From: Actinomyces sp. ICM47
GTDB taxonomy: Bacteria > Actinomycetota > Actinomycetes > Actinomycetales > Actinomycetaceae
Reading direction: 5' to 3' (one strand)
NCBI RefSeq assembly: GCF_905370305.1
Contig: NZ_CAJPJX010000001.1
Length of the DNA stretch: 64,000 bases
The notes beneath the pieces were generated by a model that searched no databases, had not been told where the DNA came from, and worked only from the letters and a program-made list of their open reading frames with translations. The position numbers and the translations under genes were made by a program. Of the stretch, positions 49,199 through 58,599 are shown in pieces. Position 1 is the first letter of the stretch; each line of letters begins with the position of its first letter.

Positions 49199-52048
49199 TC
49201 AATCACCCTCAACCTGGGCAATCACCACGCGGACCTCAGCGTCGTGCATGCGACCAGCTACCTCGGGCCGTGCATCGGGGCCGCACGAGCGGGTCCCGAT
49301 GCCGTCCTGGAAGACGTCGAGCCATAGGAACAGGCGCTCCGAGTCGGGCAGATCCTCCCAGTGCGAGGCCTGGGCCAGTTCGCGCTCGTTCCACCGGCTG
49401 ACGCTCCATCCCAGGGGCGAGGCGGGGAGGATGAGGAGCTCCCCGGCCTCGCCACGAAGGGAGAGGGCCTCAAGGCCCTGGCGATGCCCGCCTTCCTGGG
49501 GACGCACGCACACATCCCACAGGTCGGAAGCATCGCCGCTGCCGCAACCGCGAGCGCCCGGCACACTCATGTCGGCATATCCGATCATGGTGTCCCCCAA
49601 CCAGGTGGCATGCCACGTGGATCCCCGCAGCTCGAAGCGCAGGCCGAGGCGCGGGACGCGGGGCGGCCAAGTGCCGTAGGGCACGACGCGCAGGGAGACG
49701 GACAGCGCGTTCGGTCCCTCCCCACCGATGCGCACGGGCGCGTATTCCCAGGTGAGAGTGACACCGAACTGGGCTGCCGGTGGTGCCCAGCGTTCGACGA
49801 TGCGACGAACGCCCTCATCCTCTTCGATGGAGACGAGGCGTCGTCGCAGCAGGTGCAGGCGCGCGCGCTCCCAGCGCATGGCGTGCGATGTTCCGGCTTC
49901 GCCGCGCCCGACGCCCAGGGGTCCCAGGTTCGAGGCATCGATGCCCCAGTAGTCGACGGGACCGCGACCTCGGTCGTTGTCGGTGGGCGCGCGGAACACG
50001 CTGAGGTCAATGCGCACGGGCATGTCGCCGATCCGCGCCACGCGCCCGCTTCCGTCGAGAGCGTAGGGCGAGTCAGCCTCGTCAGTGCAGGGCAAGAGGT
50101 CGGCCTCCGCGAGCGCGCGCAGACGATGTCGCTCCTCCACCGAGCCGGAGTCTGCTTCCGTAATCGCGCGGGCGAGCGCGGGAGCGTCGGGGGCCATCGC
50201 CGCCACCCACGCCCAGGTGCCCGCGTAGGGGCGAGACAGGGCATCGACGAGTCCGTCGCACACGAAGTTGCCGTCGTGGACCTCCTCGCCGAAGTCACCA
50301 CCGTAGGACAGGACGCGGCGTCCGTCCGGCAGGGCGCGCCACAGGGCATGATCGCGCCATTCCCACACGAATCCGCCGGCGTGGCGGGGGTGACTCATCT
50401 GCGCGGCGTAGCCGGGCGCGCCCGCGGGGCCGGTTCCCATGGCGTGCAGGTATTCGCACATGAGGTAGGGGGCGCGGCGGATGCGTTCGCGCGCCGCGTC
50501 GTCGACCTGCGCTGCCACGTGCGTGGGCACGGCGACCTCTGCGTGGAGATCGCTATCATCGAGGACGGCGGCGACCTCCTCGAGCGTCGGGTACATGCGC
50601 GAGTAAATATCCGTGTATTCCAGGGCATGGTCACCCTCGTAGTGGACAACGGCTCGCCCACCCGTGCGCTCGTGGATCCAGCGCGCACAGGCGGCCAGGT
50701 TCGCCCCAGTACCCGACTCGTTGCCCAGGCTCCAGCTCATAATCGAGGGGTGGTTCTTGTCGCGCTCGAACGCGCGCATCGTGCGGTCCAGGTAGGCGTC
50801 GGCCCAGCGCGGGTCGTCGGAGGGGTTGTCGATCCACTCCCCCGACCCCTCGAAGCCGTGCGTCTCGATGTCTCCTTCGAGCATGACCCACAGCCCAATC
50901 TCGTCGGCCAGGTCCAGCAGACGCGGGTGCGGCGGGTAGTGGGAGGTGCGGATCGCGTTAATGCCCATGGACTTCATGAGCGCCAGGTCGGCGCGCACCC
51001 ACTCCTCGTCAAAGACGCGGCCCTCGTCGGCGCGCACCTCGTGGCGGTTGACGCCGTTGAGGCGCAGGGGCTTCCCGTTGGCTGCCAGGACGCCGCCCTC
51101 GATGGAGACGCGCCTAAATCCGATGCGCAGGCGTCTCTCCCCATCGACGAGGCCGTCTCCCCCATTGATGCTCACGCGCGCCTCGTAGAGGGCGGGGCCC
51201 TCCGGGTTCCACGGGCGCACGTCTCCCACCTGGAGGCGGTCGGAGCGGTAGCGCCCGTCGTCGCCCTTCTCGAGGGCGAGCAGGCAGGTGCCGAGGCCGT
51301 CGATTGCGAGGCGACCGACCAGGGAGGCCTCGTGGGCACCGAGCACCCGGGCCTCGACGGTCGCGTAGCCAACCCCGGCCTCGTAGTCGGTGTCGATCCA
51401 GAGGTCTTCGATACTGCCGGGGGCAAGGCGGCGCAGACTGACGGAGCGGAAGATGCCGGGTAGCCACCACTGGTCCTGATCCTCCAGGTAGCTCCCGGGG
51501 CTGAACTGGTGGACGCGCACGGTGATCGTATTTTCTCCGGGGTGCACGCGGTCGGTGATGTCAAACTCGTGGGCGAGGCGCGAACCGCGGGCCATGCCCA
51601 CCCACGCGCCGTTGACCCACACGCTCGCCTGGCTTTCGACGCCGTCGAAGCGCAGGGCGACCAGGTCATCCTCCCACCCGTCGGGCAGCTCGAAGGTGCG
51701 GTGGTAGTCGCCGACGGGGTTCGCCTCCGGCGGGTAGGGCGGGTCCACTGGGAAGGGGAAGTCAACGTTCGTGTAGGCGGGGCGGCCGTAACGCCCGTTG
51801 CCTCGCAGCACCCAGTGGCTGGGCACGTCGATCGTGTCCGCCTCGTCGCCGACGGCTGGCTCATCCCCGGGTTCTTCAACATTCGCCCAGGGAGTCGGAT
51901 CGGTGCGGTGGTAGACGAAAGACCAGGTACCGTCGAGGCTCAGAACGCCGGGATCATCGGCCAGATGCGCGCGCGGCGGCAGGAGTGCTCCCGCACCGGG
52001 GGCATAGGAAGGTAGTATCGATTTCACGTCTGTGTGCCTTTCGGATGT
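49199..52048 (-). CDS. lacZ: Beta-galactosidase, glycoside hydrolase family 2
   Basis: The GH2 sugar-binding, Ig-like and TIM-barrel order is present, with motifs such as WSLGNESG and MCEY-type catalytic Glu regions. A C-terminal Bgal_small domain follows. Start taken at MTSERHTD. Confidence 0.85.
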   Translation of the reverse strand, partial: TSERHTDVKSILPSYAPGAGALLPPRAHLADDPGVLSLDGTWSFVYHRTDPTPWANVEEPGDEPAVGDEADTIDVPSHWVLRGNGRYGRPAYTNVDFPFPVDPPYPPEANPVGDYHRTFELPDGWEDDLVALRFDGVESQASVWVNGAWVGMARGSRLAHEFDITDRVHPGENTITVRVHQFSPGSYLEDQDQWWLPGIFRSVSLRRLAPGSIEDLWIDTDYEAGVGYATVEARVLGAHEASLVGRLAIDGLGTCLLALEKGDDGRYRSDRLQVGDVRPWNPEGPALYEARVSINGGDGLVDGERRLRIGFRRVSIEGGVLAANGKPLRLNGVNRHEVRADEGRVFDEEWVRADLALMKSMGINAIRTSHYPPHPRLLDLADEIGLWVMLEGDIETHGFEGSGEWIDNPSDDPRWADAYLDRTMRAFERDKNHPSIMSWSLGNESGTGANLAACARWIHERTGGRAVVHYEGDHALEYTDIYSRMYPTLEEVAAVLDDSDLHAEVAVPTHVAAQVDDAARERIRRAPYLMCEYLHAMGTGPAGAPGYAAQMSHPRHAGGFVWEWRDHALWRALPDGRRVLSYGGDFGEEVHDGNFVCDGLVDALSRPYAGTWAWVAAMAPDAPALARAITEADSGSVEERHRLRALAEADLLPCTDEADSPYALDGSGRVARIGDMPVRIDLSVFRAPTDNDRGRGPVDYWGIDASNLGPLGVGRGEAGTSHAMRWERARLHLLRRRLVSIEEDEGVRRIVERWAPPAAQFGVTLTWEYAPVRIGGEGPNALSVSLRVVPYGTWPPRVPRLGLRFELRGSTWHATWLGDTMIGYADMSVPGARGCGSGDASDLWDVCVRPQEGGHRQGLEALSLRGEAGELLILPASPLGWSVSRWNERELAQASHWEDLPDSERLFLWLDVFQDGIGTRSCGPDARPEVAGRMHDAEVRVVIAQVEGD

Positions 52049-52137
52049 CATCGTCGAAACTCCGATCGTCACCCATAAGACTAACACGTTATAGTTATTG
52101 TGTTTCTTCGAACACATACGAGGATTGGGAGTCCGTC

Positions 52138-53235
52138 ATGGAGCGCGCAACCCGGGCCGATGTCGCCCGCGCAGCAGGCGTCGCACCCTCCACTGTTTCA
52201 CTCGTCCTCAACGGTCGCGGCCGTGATGTCAAGATCGCTCCCGCGACCATTGATCGCGTCAAACAGGCCGCCCGAGACCTCAGTTACATCCCCAATGCCG
52301 CCGCACGTTCGCTGCGCCGCGGCAAATCCCATCTCATCGCGCTCCTCATGGCCGAACTGCCCGACGACCCCTTCGTGCCCGTCGTCCACACGGTTCTCAC
52401 GACCGCGATGATCGACATCCAACGCCGCGGCTACCTCCTCCTCCCCCTCTTCCAGGCTGGCGACGGCGCCTCCGACGCCGAAGTCATCCGCGGGGTCCTG
52501 GGCGACACTCAACTGGCCGGCATCATCCGCGAGACCACGTCAGCCGAGGCCTTCACCTCACGCCTCCTCGCGAACCTCGGGATCCCCGTCATCGCGATGT
52601 CCATGATCGAGGCCGACCCCACCGGCTCCGAGTCCTCCCTCATCCGCATCGACGAAGGCGCAGGCGTCCACGACATCATCTCCTCCTGCGCCCTCGTCGA
52701 CCCGAACACCGGCATCGGCTCGGGCCGGGCTGTCTTCCTCGCCGGCCCCAACACCAACCACGCTCGACAACACCCCATCGCACGTGCCTTCGGCACCAAC
52801 TTCACCTTCTATTCCCTGCCCGACTGGGAACCCGCCACCGCCTACCAGGCCGCCCTTCGCCTCCTGACCGAGAACCCCGACATCTCTCTCATCGCCGTTG
52901 CCGACGACTCGCAGGCACCCGGCGTCTTCCAGGCCGCCGCCGACCTCGACCTGTCAGTCCCCGCCGACCTGTCCATCCTCGGATTCGGTGACCAGGACCA
53001 CCGCAGTGCCGAGGCCCTGGGACTGACCACCGTCGACTGGCCCCTCACAGACATGACGTCAGCCGCTGTCGCCTCCATCATCAATGTCATCGAAGGACGC
53101 CCGCCCACCGCTTCCCTCCTCCCCACCTCCCTGGCCGTAACCGAGGAAGCCACCCCGGTCTCGTCCCAGACGATCCCCGTGGCCACGATCCCCACGCGCC
53201 CGGTATGGCGGGCATCGGTCGCCCGACGGCGCTAA
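52138..53235 (+). CDS. LacI-family transcriptional regulator
   Basis: The N-terminal HTH reads MERATRADVARAAGVAPSTVSLVLNG. The C-terminal domain is periplasmic-binding-protein-like. The upstream extension in the track ORF is rejected. Confidence 0.85.
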   Translation: MERATRADVARAAGVAPSTVSLVLNGRGRDVKIAPATIDRVKQAARDLSYIPNAAARSLRRGKSHLIALLMAELPDDPFVPVVHTVLTTAMIDIQRRGYLLLPLFQAGDGASDAEVIRGVLGDTQLAGIIRETTSAEAFTSRLLANLGIPVIAMSMIEADPTGSESSLIRIDEGAGVHDIISSCALVDPNTGIGSGRAVFLAGPNTNHARQHPIARAFGTNFTFYSLPDWEPATAYQAALRLLTENPDISLIAVADDSQAPGVFQAAADLDLSVPADLSILGFGDQDHRSAEALGLTTVDWPLTDMTSAAVASIINVIEGRPPTASLLPTSLAVTEEATPVSSQTIPVATIPTRPVWRASVARRR

Positions 53236-53430
53236 CGCGCCCGCCGACCCCGGCGGTATTTCCGCGAAGCTCCGCCGACTACCACGTCAGCACACGCACA
53301 TACCTCTCCCCCTCCCCCGCCTTCGAGCAGCGTTTCTTCTCCCACTAGGCACCCACCCGGCGCGCGCAGCACCGCGAAGGACCCCAGGCCTCGTCCCAAA
53401 TTCCCCCGGCTATCCCCGTAGAATCAACCC

Positions 53431-54369
53431 ATGGACCGCCACGAGCTCACCGAACGCGCCCTGCCTTTCCTCCTGCGACGGCTGCATGACGCGGGGATCT
53501 CCGCGACGCCCCACACGGACGAGCACACGGGTAGCACCCACCTGGAAATCGACGGGTGGAGGCGCATCAACGTGGAGAACCTCATCGACGAACTCGCCCA
53601 GACGGATCCCTCCAAGCACGAGGTCAGAATCGAGCGATGGGTAGCGTTCATCATGGAGTCCGGCCGTATCGCCGAACAGTCCGTCACCGACCCCGACGAG
53701 CTGCGCCAACGCGTGCGCACCCGCATCATCCCGGCGGACCTGGCCGCCGACCCCCACCTCAGCTACGCGCACCCCTTCCCCGGTGGCCTCGCCCTGGCCC
53801 TGTGCCTCGACTTTCCTAACACCGTCACAACCGTCACCAACGAGCACCTCGACAAGTACCCCCTGAGCCTCGACGAGCTCTACCACTGGGGGCAGATCAA
53901 CACCGACAACGAAGCCATCGACGAGCACACCACCTGCGGCCCCTTCACGGGAATCGCCGGGGAATCACTGTTCATCGCATCGAAGGCCGCGCACATCGCC
54001 TCCCTGGTCGCCACGCTCCACATCGATGCGCCCCACGGGCTCTTGTTCGCGATCCCTGATCGTTCCGTCCTCTTCTACGCACCCGCCGACCCAACCATCA
54101 TCACCGAGCAGTACCTCCGCCTCCTCGACTACCTCCGCATCGACTTCATGCGGCGCCTCCGGTCCACGCCCGCGCACACGCTCAGCAAGGACCTGTTCTA
54201 CTGCTCGCCCGACGGCTCCTTCGGTGCCATCACGCGAAGCGGCCACCCCGACGTGCAGGAACTTTTCACAACGCCGGACCTGGACACGGATCGTCTCGTG
54301 GAACTCGCCGTGAAAAACATGAACTTCTTCGAGGGATTCCGCACCCGCTTCTATCCCTCGAACATGTGA
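53431..54369 (+). CDS. Hypothetical protein (312 aa), no recognisable family
   Basis: Clean ORF with coding-like codon usage. No TM segment, signal peptide or HTH could be recognised. Followed by a 281-bp low-GC spacer. Confidence 0.5.
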   Translation: MDRHELTERALPFLLRRLHDAGISATPHTDEHTGSTHLEIDGWRRINVENLIDELAQTDPSKHEVRIERWVAFIMESGRIAEQSVTDPDELRQRVRTRIIPADLAADPHLSYAHPFPGGLALALCLDFPNTVTTVTNEHLDKYPLSLDELYHWGQINTDNEAIDEHTTCGPFTGIAGESLFIASKAAHIASLVATLHIDAPHGLLFAIPDRSVLFYAPADPTIITEQYLRLLDYLRIDFMRRLRSTPAHTLSKDLFYCSPDGSFGAITRSGHPDVQELFTTPDLDTDRLVELAVKNMNFFEGFRTRFYPSNM

Positions 54370-54650
54370 CGCCTTTGGGTGGCCTGCGGCGACTCCAGCG
54401 CGACCTGCAGGCGACTCTCATGCAACTCAACGCGCCCCCACGCATAGTTTCCCCACAATGTCGCACGTAACTTGGGTTCCCTCACATAACTAAGCATCCA
54501 AGAAAACCGCATGATTCCAACGATCCGATGTCGCATATTGAAAGACGGTCGGGGAATTACGTCCGACTCTTCGGCGTGTAGTGCTTCCTGCCACAAACGG
54601 TGACGGAGAAACTATAATCGTCAACACTTCGACCTTCGCAGGAGAAAGCC

Positions 54651-55835
54651 ATGAGTGAGAATGAGCTGACACCCACCGAGCACGACGTTCAGTACGTCGT
54701 TACAACATCCGACGGCCAACCCGAGCAAGGACTCATCGCAATCACCGGGCATACACGCGATGCCATCATTGCAAGCCTGATGAACAGCCTCGCCACAACG
54801 GGCAAGTACACGCCCGACGCGCGGGCCGTCTCCTCTCAGGTCCTCGGCTCGACTGCATCGACGGTAACTGCGGTTGCTTCCACTGCCGCATCTGCGGCAA
54901 TCGCCCCGACACTTTTCATGGCCACAGCCAACCCGGCGACACTCATGCAACTTGGATCCGGCGTCGGTTCCGCCGTCATGGGGGCAAGTGGTATCGCCGC
55001 CCAAGCGCCCTTTATTCCTGTCGCGGCCTCGCTCCCCGTCGTCGCCCCGCTAGCGCTCATGGGGATCGTCAACACCGCTGTGACGATGCGCCAGTTCCAG
55101 GCGGTCAACGCCAAGCTGGACACTCTCGTGAACACTCTCACTGACCTTCTCGTACGCACAGACATCACGCAGATCGCCGGCCTTATCGCTGCCTCGAAAA
55201 CATTGGGCGACATCACCGAGGAATACGACGAGCTCGGACACTTTACCCCTGCCATGATCGCCCGCTTCGCGGTGGCAGAACAAGCTCTCGTGACCGTGGC
55301 GCGACGCCAGGAGCTACTACTTTTGTCGGCAGAAAGCCGGGCGCTGGATACCGGCACGCCCATCGACGATGTCATCCGCGACGTTAACGCCGCTGGGCTG
55401 GCGTACATCACCGAGGTCCAGGTGCACGCCCTACACCTGGCACTTGCCCTTCAGGAGAGCCCGGCACTGGCCGCTAAACGTGCACAACAGCTGACGGAGT
55501 GCATCGATAAAACCAATGAGCGGTGGAGCACACTGAAAAATCTGTCGGAGGGTGTAAAAGCTAAGATCACCGAGTACGAAGAGGAAGTTCCCAAGAAGCC
55601 ATGGTTCTCCGGCCAGACACACGATTTCCCGGCGTTGAAAGAGCGCCGAGAGAAGATCCTCGAAAATGAAAAGGCACTCATCGACGAACACGGGACGAAG
55701 CTGGAGGCCTTCAAGGACCTATCACAGAGACTGCACGAGCCGCAGGACTCGCGCGCGACGCTCGTCTACTGGCGCGACGAGGCCGGAGAACATTCCTTCA
55801 TTACCGAACATCTGAGTTTTGATCGCACCCACTAA
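54651..55835 (+). CDS. Hypothetical protein (394 aa): Ala/Gly-rich hydrophobic N-terminal half followed by a long charged coiled-coil C-terminal half
   Basis: GCAGGAGAAAGCC RBS 5 nt upstream of the ATG. Residues about 60-150 are low-complexity and hydrophobic (AAIAPTLFMATANPATLMQLGSGVGSAVMGASGIAAQAPFIPVAASLPVVAPLALMGIV). Residues about 150-390 are heptad-like and charged. GC is lower than the local background. Confidence 0.5.
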   Translation: MSENELTPTEHDVQYVVTTSDGQPEQGLIAITGHTRDAIIASLMNSLATTGKYTPDARAVSSQVLGSTASTVTAVASTAASAAIAPTLFMATANPATLMQLGSGVGSAVMGASGIAAQAPFIPVAASLPVVAPLALMGIVNTAVTMRQFQAVNAKLDTLVNTLTDLLVRTDITQIAGLIAASKTLGDITEEYDELGHFTPAMIARFAVAEQALVTVARRQELLLLSAESRALDTGTPIDDVIRDVNAAGLAYITEVQVHALHLALALQESPALAAKRAQQLTECIDKTNERWSTLKNLSEGVKAKITEYEEEVPKKPWFSGQTHDFPALKERREKILENEKALIDEHGTKLEAFKDLSQRLHEPQDSRATLVYWRDEAGEHSFITEHLSFDRTH

Positions 55836-55953
55836 GAACAACTCATAATGCGGGCAGGCATCAGCACCCGTCCGCACGCTGTCACTATGAAGACCAAACC
55901 GGGCCATGGCCTCGTCGCACTCACAAACGATGAGGCCATGGCCCGGTTAACCG

Positions 55954-56856
55954 TCACCCCTGGAGGTGGCAGGCCCTGTAGATCCCCGTCAGCATCGCGA
56001 GGCGCTGATCGAGGGAGGCGTCCTTGGGGACGCAGACCTTCGCACCGAGGTACTCGACATCGCCCGCGATCGCTGCCTGCACGCAGCGCCCGATCTGTTC
56101 GGCGTCCATGAGAGAGGTCGGCTCGTCGGCCTGGGCGGGCAGGTGCCCGTCGATCCAGGAGTAGCCGTATTGAGTTTCCTTTGGCCCGGCACCCGAGAAT
56201 ACGATGCCATCAAGCACCCCGCGTTCCCCCGCCTCGCGAACATGCTCGAAGGCAGTCTCCGCGCTGCGCCCCTCCACGGCGGAGCGGCCCCAGTTGAGGT
56301 GAATGCCGACGCCAAGCTCGGCGACGATGTCGATCTCATCCGCGAGAGACAGGAAGCCCTTCTCGGGGTTCTGCTCGGGGATGTATGCGTCGCAGTGCTC
56401 AACAACGAGCGTCGCGCCGCACCAATCCCAGCCCAGGACGTCCTCGAGAGAACGCTTGAATGCGTCGGCGTTCGCCAGGCGCGTGGGAGCCGAGTGCAGC
56501 TGCACCCGCCCGACCAGCAGGCGACCTGCCTTGTCGCACAGGTCGTCGAGGTCGTCGCAGAGGCGTCGGGTAAAGGCAAGGGCCGCCTCGCGTCCCGCCT
56601 CGTCAGGCGAGGCCAGGCCGAAGTTCTCGTCCTTCCAGACGTTCTGCATCGTGCCGGGGATGGCCGTGATGGTGTTGAAATCCCAATGCGGCGACAGGTG
56701 GCTGGCCAGTACGTCGAGCTGTGTTGCGAGCTGCCCGGGGTAGGGAATCTCGACACCGGAGACCCACGGCTGGTCGGCGAGGAGCTGGTAGTAGTCCGCC
56801 TCAAGTTCAGGTGCCGGGTGCGACGCGTAGGCGCCAATGATGAATGGACGTGCCAT
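55954..56856 (-). CDS. DUF4862-like TIM-barrel-type protein, apparently co-transcribed with the sialic acid transporter
   Basis: 300 aa, no signal peptide. The start lies 6 nt after the nanT-like stop. The family call is from overall resemblance and is tentative. Confidence 0.4.
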   Translation of the reverse strand: MARPFIIGAYASHPAPELEADYYQLLADQPWVSGVEIPYPGQLATQLDVLASHLSPHWDFNTITAIPGTMQNVWKDENFGLASPDEAGREAALAFTRRLCDDLDDLCDKAGRLLVGRVQLHSAPTRLANADAFKRSLEDVLGWDWCGATLVVEHCDAYIPEQNPEKGFLSLADEIDIVAELGVGIHLNWGRSAVEGRSAETAFEHVREAGERGVLDGIVFSGAGPKETQYGYSWIDGHLPAQADEPTSLMDAEQIGRCVQAAIAGDVEYLGAKVCVPKDASLDQRLAMLTGIYRACHLQG

Positions 56857-56861
56857 GATGA

Positions 56862-58337
56862 TCAGCCTTCTTTGATGATCTCGTCGTTACCGTCTTCAGG
56901 ACGAACATACTGCGGCCCAATCTTCTTTTGAAGCAGGCGCGGCACGTTCGCACCGATCGACACCATGACGACCGCGGCAAAACCGAAAGACAGAATCGCC
57001 AGGGCGAAGCCGAGGGAGAACTGCGCGGCGATAGCGGCACCGAGGACCGGTCCAACTGCACCGCCGAGGGCACCCACGTTGTAGCAGAAGCCGAGACCCG
57101 CAGCGCGCTTGTCGACCGGGAAATAGGACGAGACCCACTTGGGCAGCAGGCCCGAGACGCCCTGGCCGAACATCTGCTGGAAGAAGAGCATGCCCGCCAC
57201 GAGCGCCACGTACTTGCCGTTCTGCATAAACAGGGGGAAGACGATGATCTGCGAGAGCAGCAGGGAGATGGCGTACCAGCGGCGCATGCCGAACTTATCA
57301 CCCGCGAAGCCAGCAATGATGTAGCCCGCAGCGTTGCCGAGGCCAGCGAAAGACACCATGTTGGCAACAACCGTCTGGTCCATGCCCACCCCGCGCAGGT
57401 AGGTGGGGAGCAGGCCCTGGATGGGCCACGTGTACATGAAGGAGGCGAAGATCGTCAGCATGATCGCGATGCCAATGATCCAGCGTTTGGAGTCGAACTG
57501 GATGATGAGGTAGATGAAGATGACCGCGCACAGGGAACCGAGCACGCTCACGGCCACAACGCCGCCAACCTGCTGGGTGAAGATCAGGAGCAGGGCGATG
57601 AACGCGATGGCTACAACGACGTAGTTGAGGATCTTGCGCTGCCCACCGAAGAGCACCTGAAGCATGTCGGTCTTTTCAACGTGCCCCTTCTCCTTGGCCT
57701 CGCTCCAGTCAGCGGCTTCGGGCAGGGTCTTTCGCATGTAGATAGCAACGACGATAGGGACGATGCCGGTAAGGAACAGGGCACGCCAGCCCCATCCGGG
57801 GTGCATCGAATCGACCCAGGTCACGAAATACTTGTCGACCTGGGCGGCGGCAATGACACCGAAGGCGTAGCCCGACAGCAGGAAGCCCGAGGCCTTGTTG
57901 CGCATGTGCTTGGGCCACGACTCGATGACGTAGGCCGCGGAGGCAGAGTATTCGCCGGCCATCGCGAAGCCAATGATGAGTCGCAGGACGAAGAGGATCC
58001 AGAAGTTCGGTGCGAGCGCGCAAGCGATGGATCCGAAGGCGAACATGAAGATCGACAGGATCATGGCGGGCTTGCGCCCGTAGCGGTCACCGATAGCGCC
58101 GAGGACAAGGCCACCAATCCAGCGGCTAATAAACGCGGCCGAAATCAGAGATGCGCTTTGGACGAGCGACAGGTCGAATGCTGTCTTGATCGCGGGCAGG
58201 GCGAAGGAGATGAGGACGAAGTCGTAGCCGTCCAGCAGCACGCCGATCCAGGCAGCGAAGAACGCCTTGCGGTCTTCTTTGGTCAGGTATCGATACCAGG
58301 GCTTTGTCGGAAGCGCCTGTACGGGGGACGTACTCAT
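56862..58337 (-). CDS. nanT: MFS sialic acid transporter, NanT-like
   Basis: PWYRYLTKEDRKAFFAAWIGVLLDGYDFVLISFALPAIKTAFDLSLVQSASLISAAFISRWIGGLVLGAIGDRYGRK...VIESWPKHMRNKASGFL is near-colinear with E. coli NanT ([31 protein letters not shown]...VIESWPKHLRNKASGFL). Confidence 0.85.
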   Translation of the reverse strand: MSTSPVQALPTKPWYRYLTKEDRKAFFAAWIGVLLDGYDFVLISFALPAIKTAFDLSLVQSASLISAAFISRWIGGLVLGAIGDRYGRKPAMILSIFMFAFGSIACALAPNFWILFVLRLIIGFAMAGEYSASAAYVIESWPKHMRNKASGFLLSGYAFGVIAAAQVDKYFVTWVDSMHPGWGWRALFLTGIVPIVVAIYMRKTLPEAADWSEAKEKGHVEKTDMLQVLFGGQRKILNYVVVAIAFIALLLIFTQQVGGVVAVSVLGSLCAVIFIYLIIQFDSKRWIIGIAIMLTIFASFMYTWPIQGLLPTYLRGVGMDQTVVANMVSFAGLGNAAGYIIAGFAGDKFGMRRWYAISLLLSQIIVFPLFMQNGKYVALVAGMLFFQQMFGQGVSGLLPKWVSSYFPVDKRAAGLGFCYNVGALGGAVGPVLGAAIAAQFSLGFALAILSFGFAAVVMVSIGANVPRLLQKKIGPQYVRPEDGNDEIIKEG

Positions 58338-58402
58338 GATGAGTGCCTTCCTGAAATTTCATCGTCGAATAACGAGGGGCTTGAGTCCAGATGTCTAACC
58401 AT

Positions 58403-58421
58403 CAAGTTGTCAGACAACTTG
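58403..58421. promoter_or_regulatory. Perfect 19-bp palindrome CAAGTTGTC-A-GACAACTTG, a candidate operator, 66 nt upstream of nanT
   Basis: Read directly. A half-conserved second copy ATCTGTCTGACAACTTG lies at 58506..58523, upstream of the divergent sialidase gene. Confidence 0.5.
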
Positions 58422-58505
58422 CAATAATGTTAGCTCTCTCTCATTCTAGAGTCAACAGCAAGTTTCACCTGAATACACACATTGCCAACAAAAGGTCGCG
58501 ATGAT

Positions 58506-58523
58506 AATCTGTCTGACAACTTG
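58506..58523. promoter_or_regulatory. Second, imperfect copy of the nanT/sialidase operator-like palindrome
   Basis: The right half-site GACAACTTG is identical. The left half CTGTC matches 5 of 9 positions. Confidence 0.4.
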
Positions 58524-58599
58524 TTAACTGTGACCAATCACATGCTCCCATTCGTGATGATGCGAAGCGACATTAACAACTGACAGAAAGGTGTCAAAC

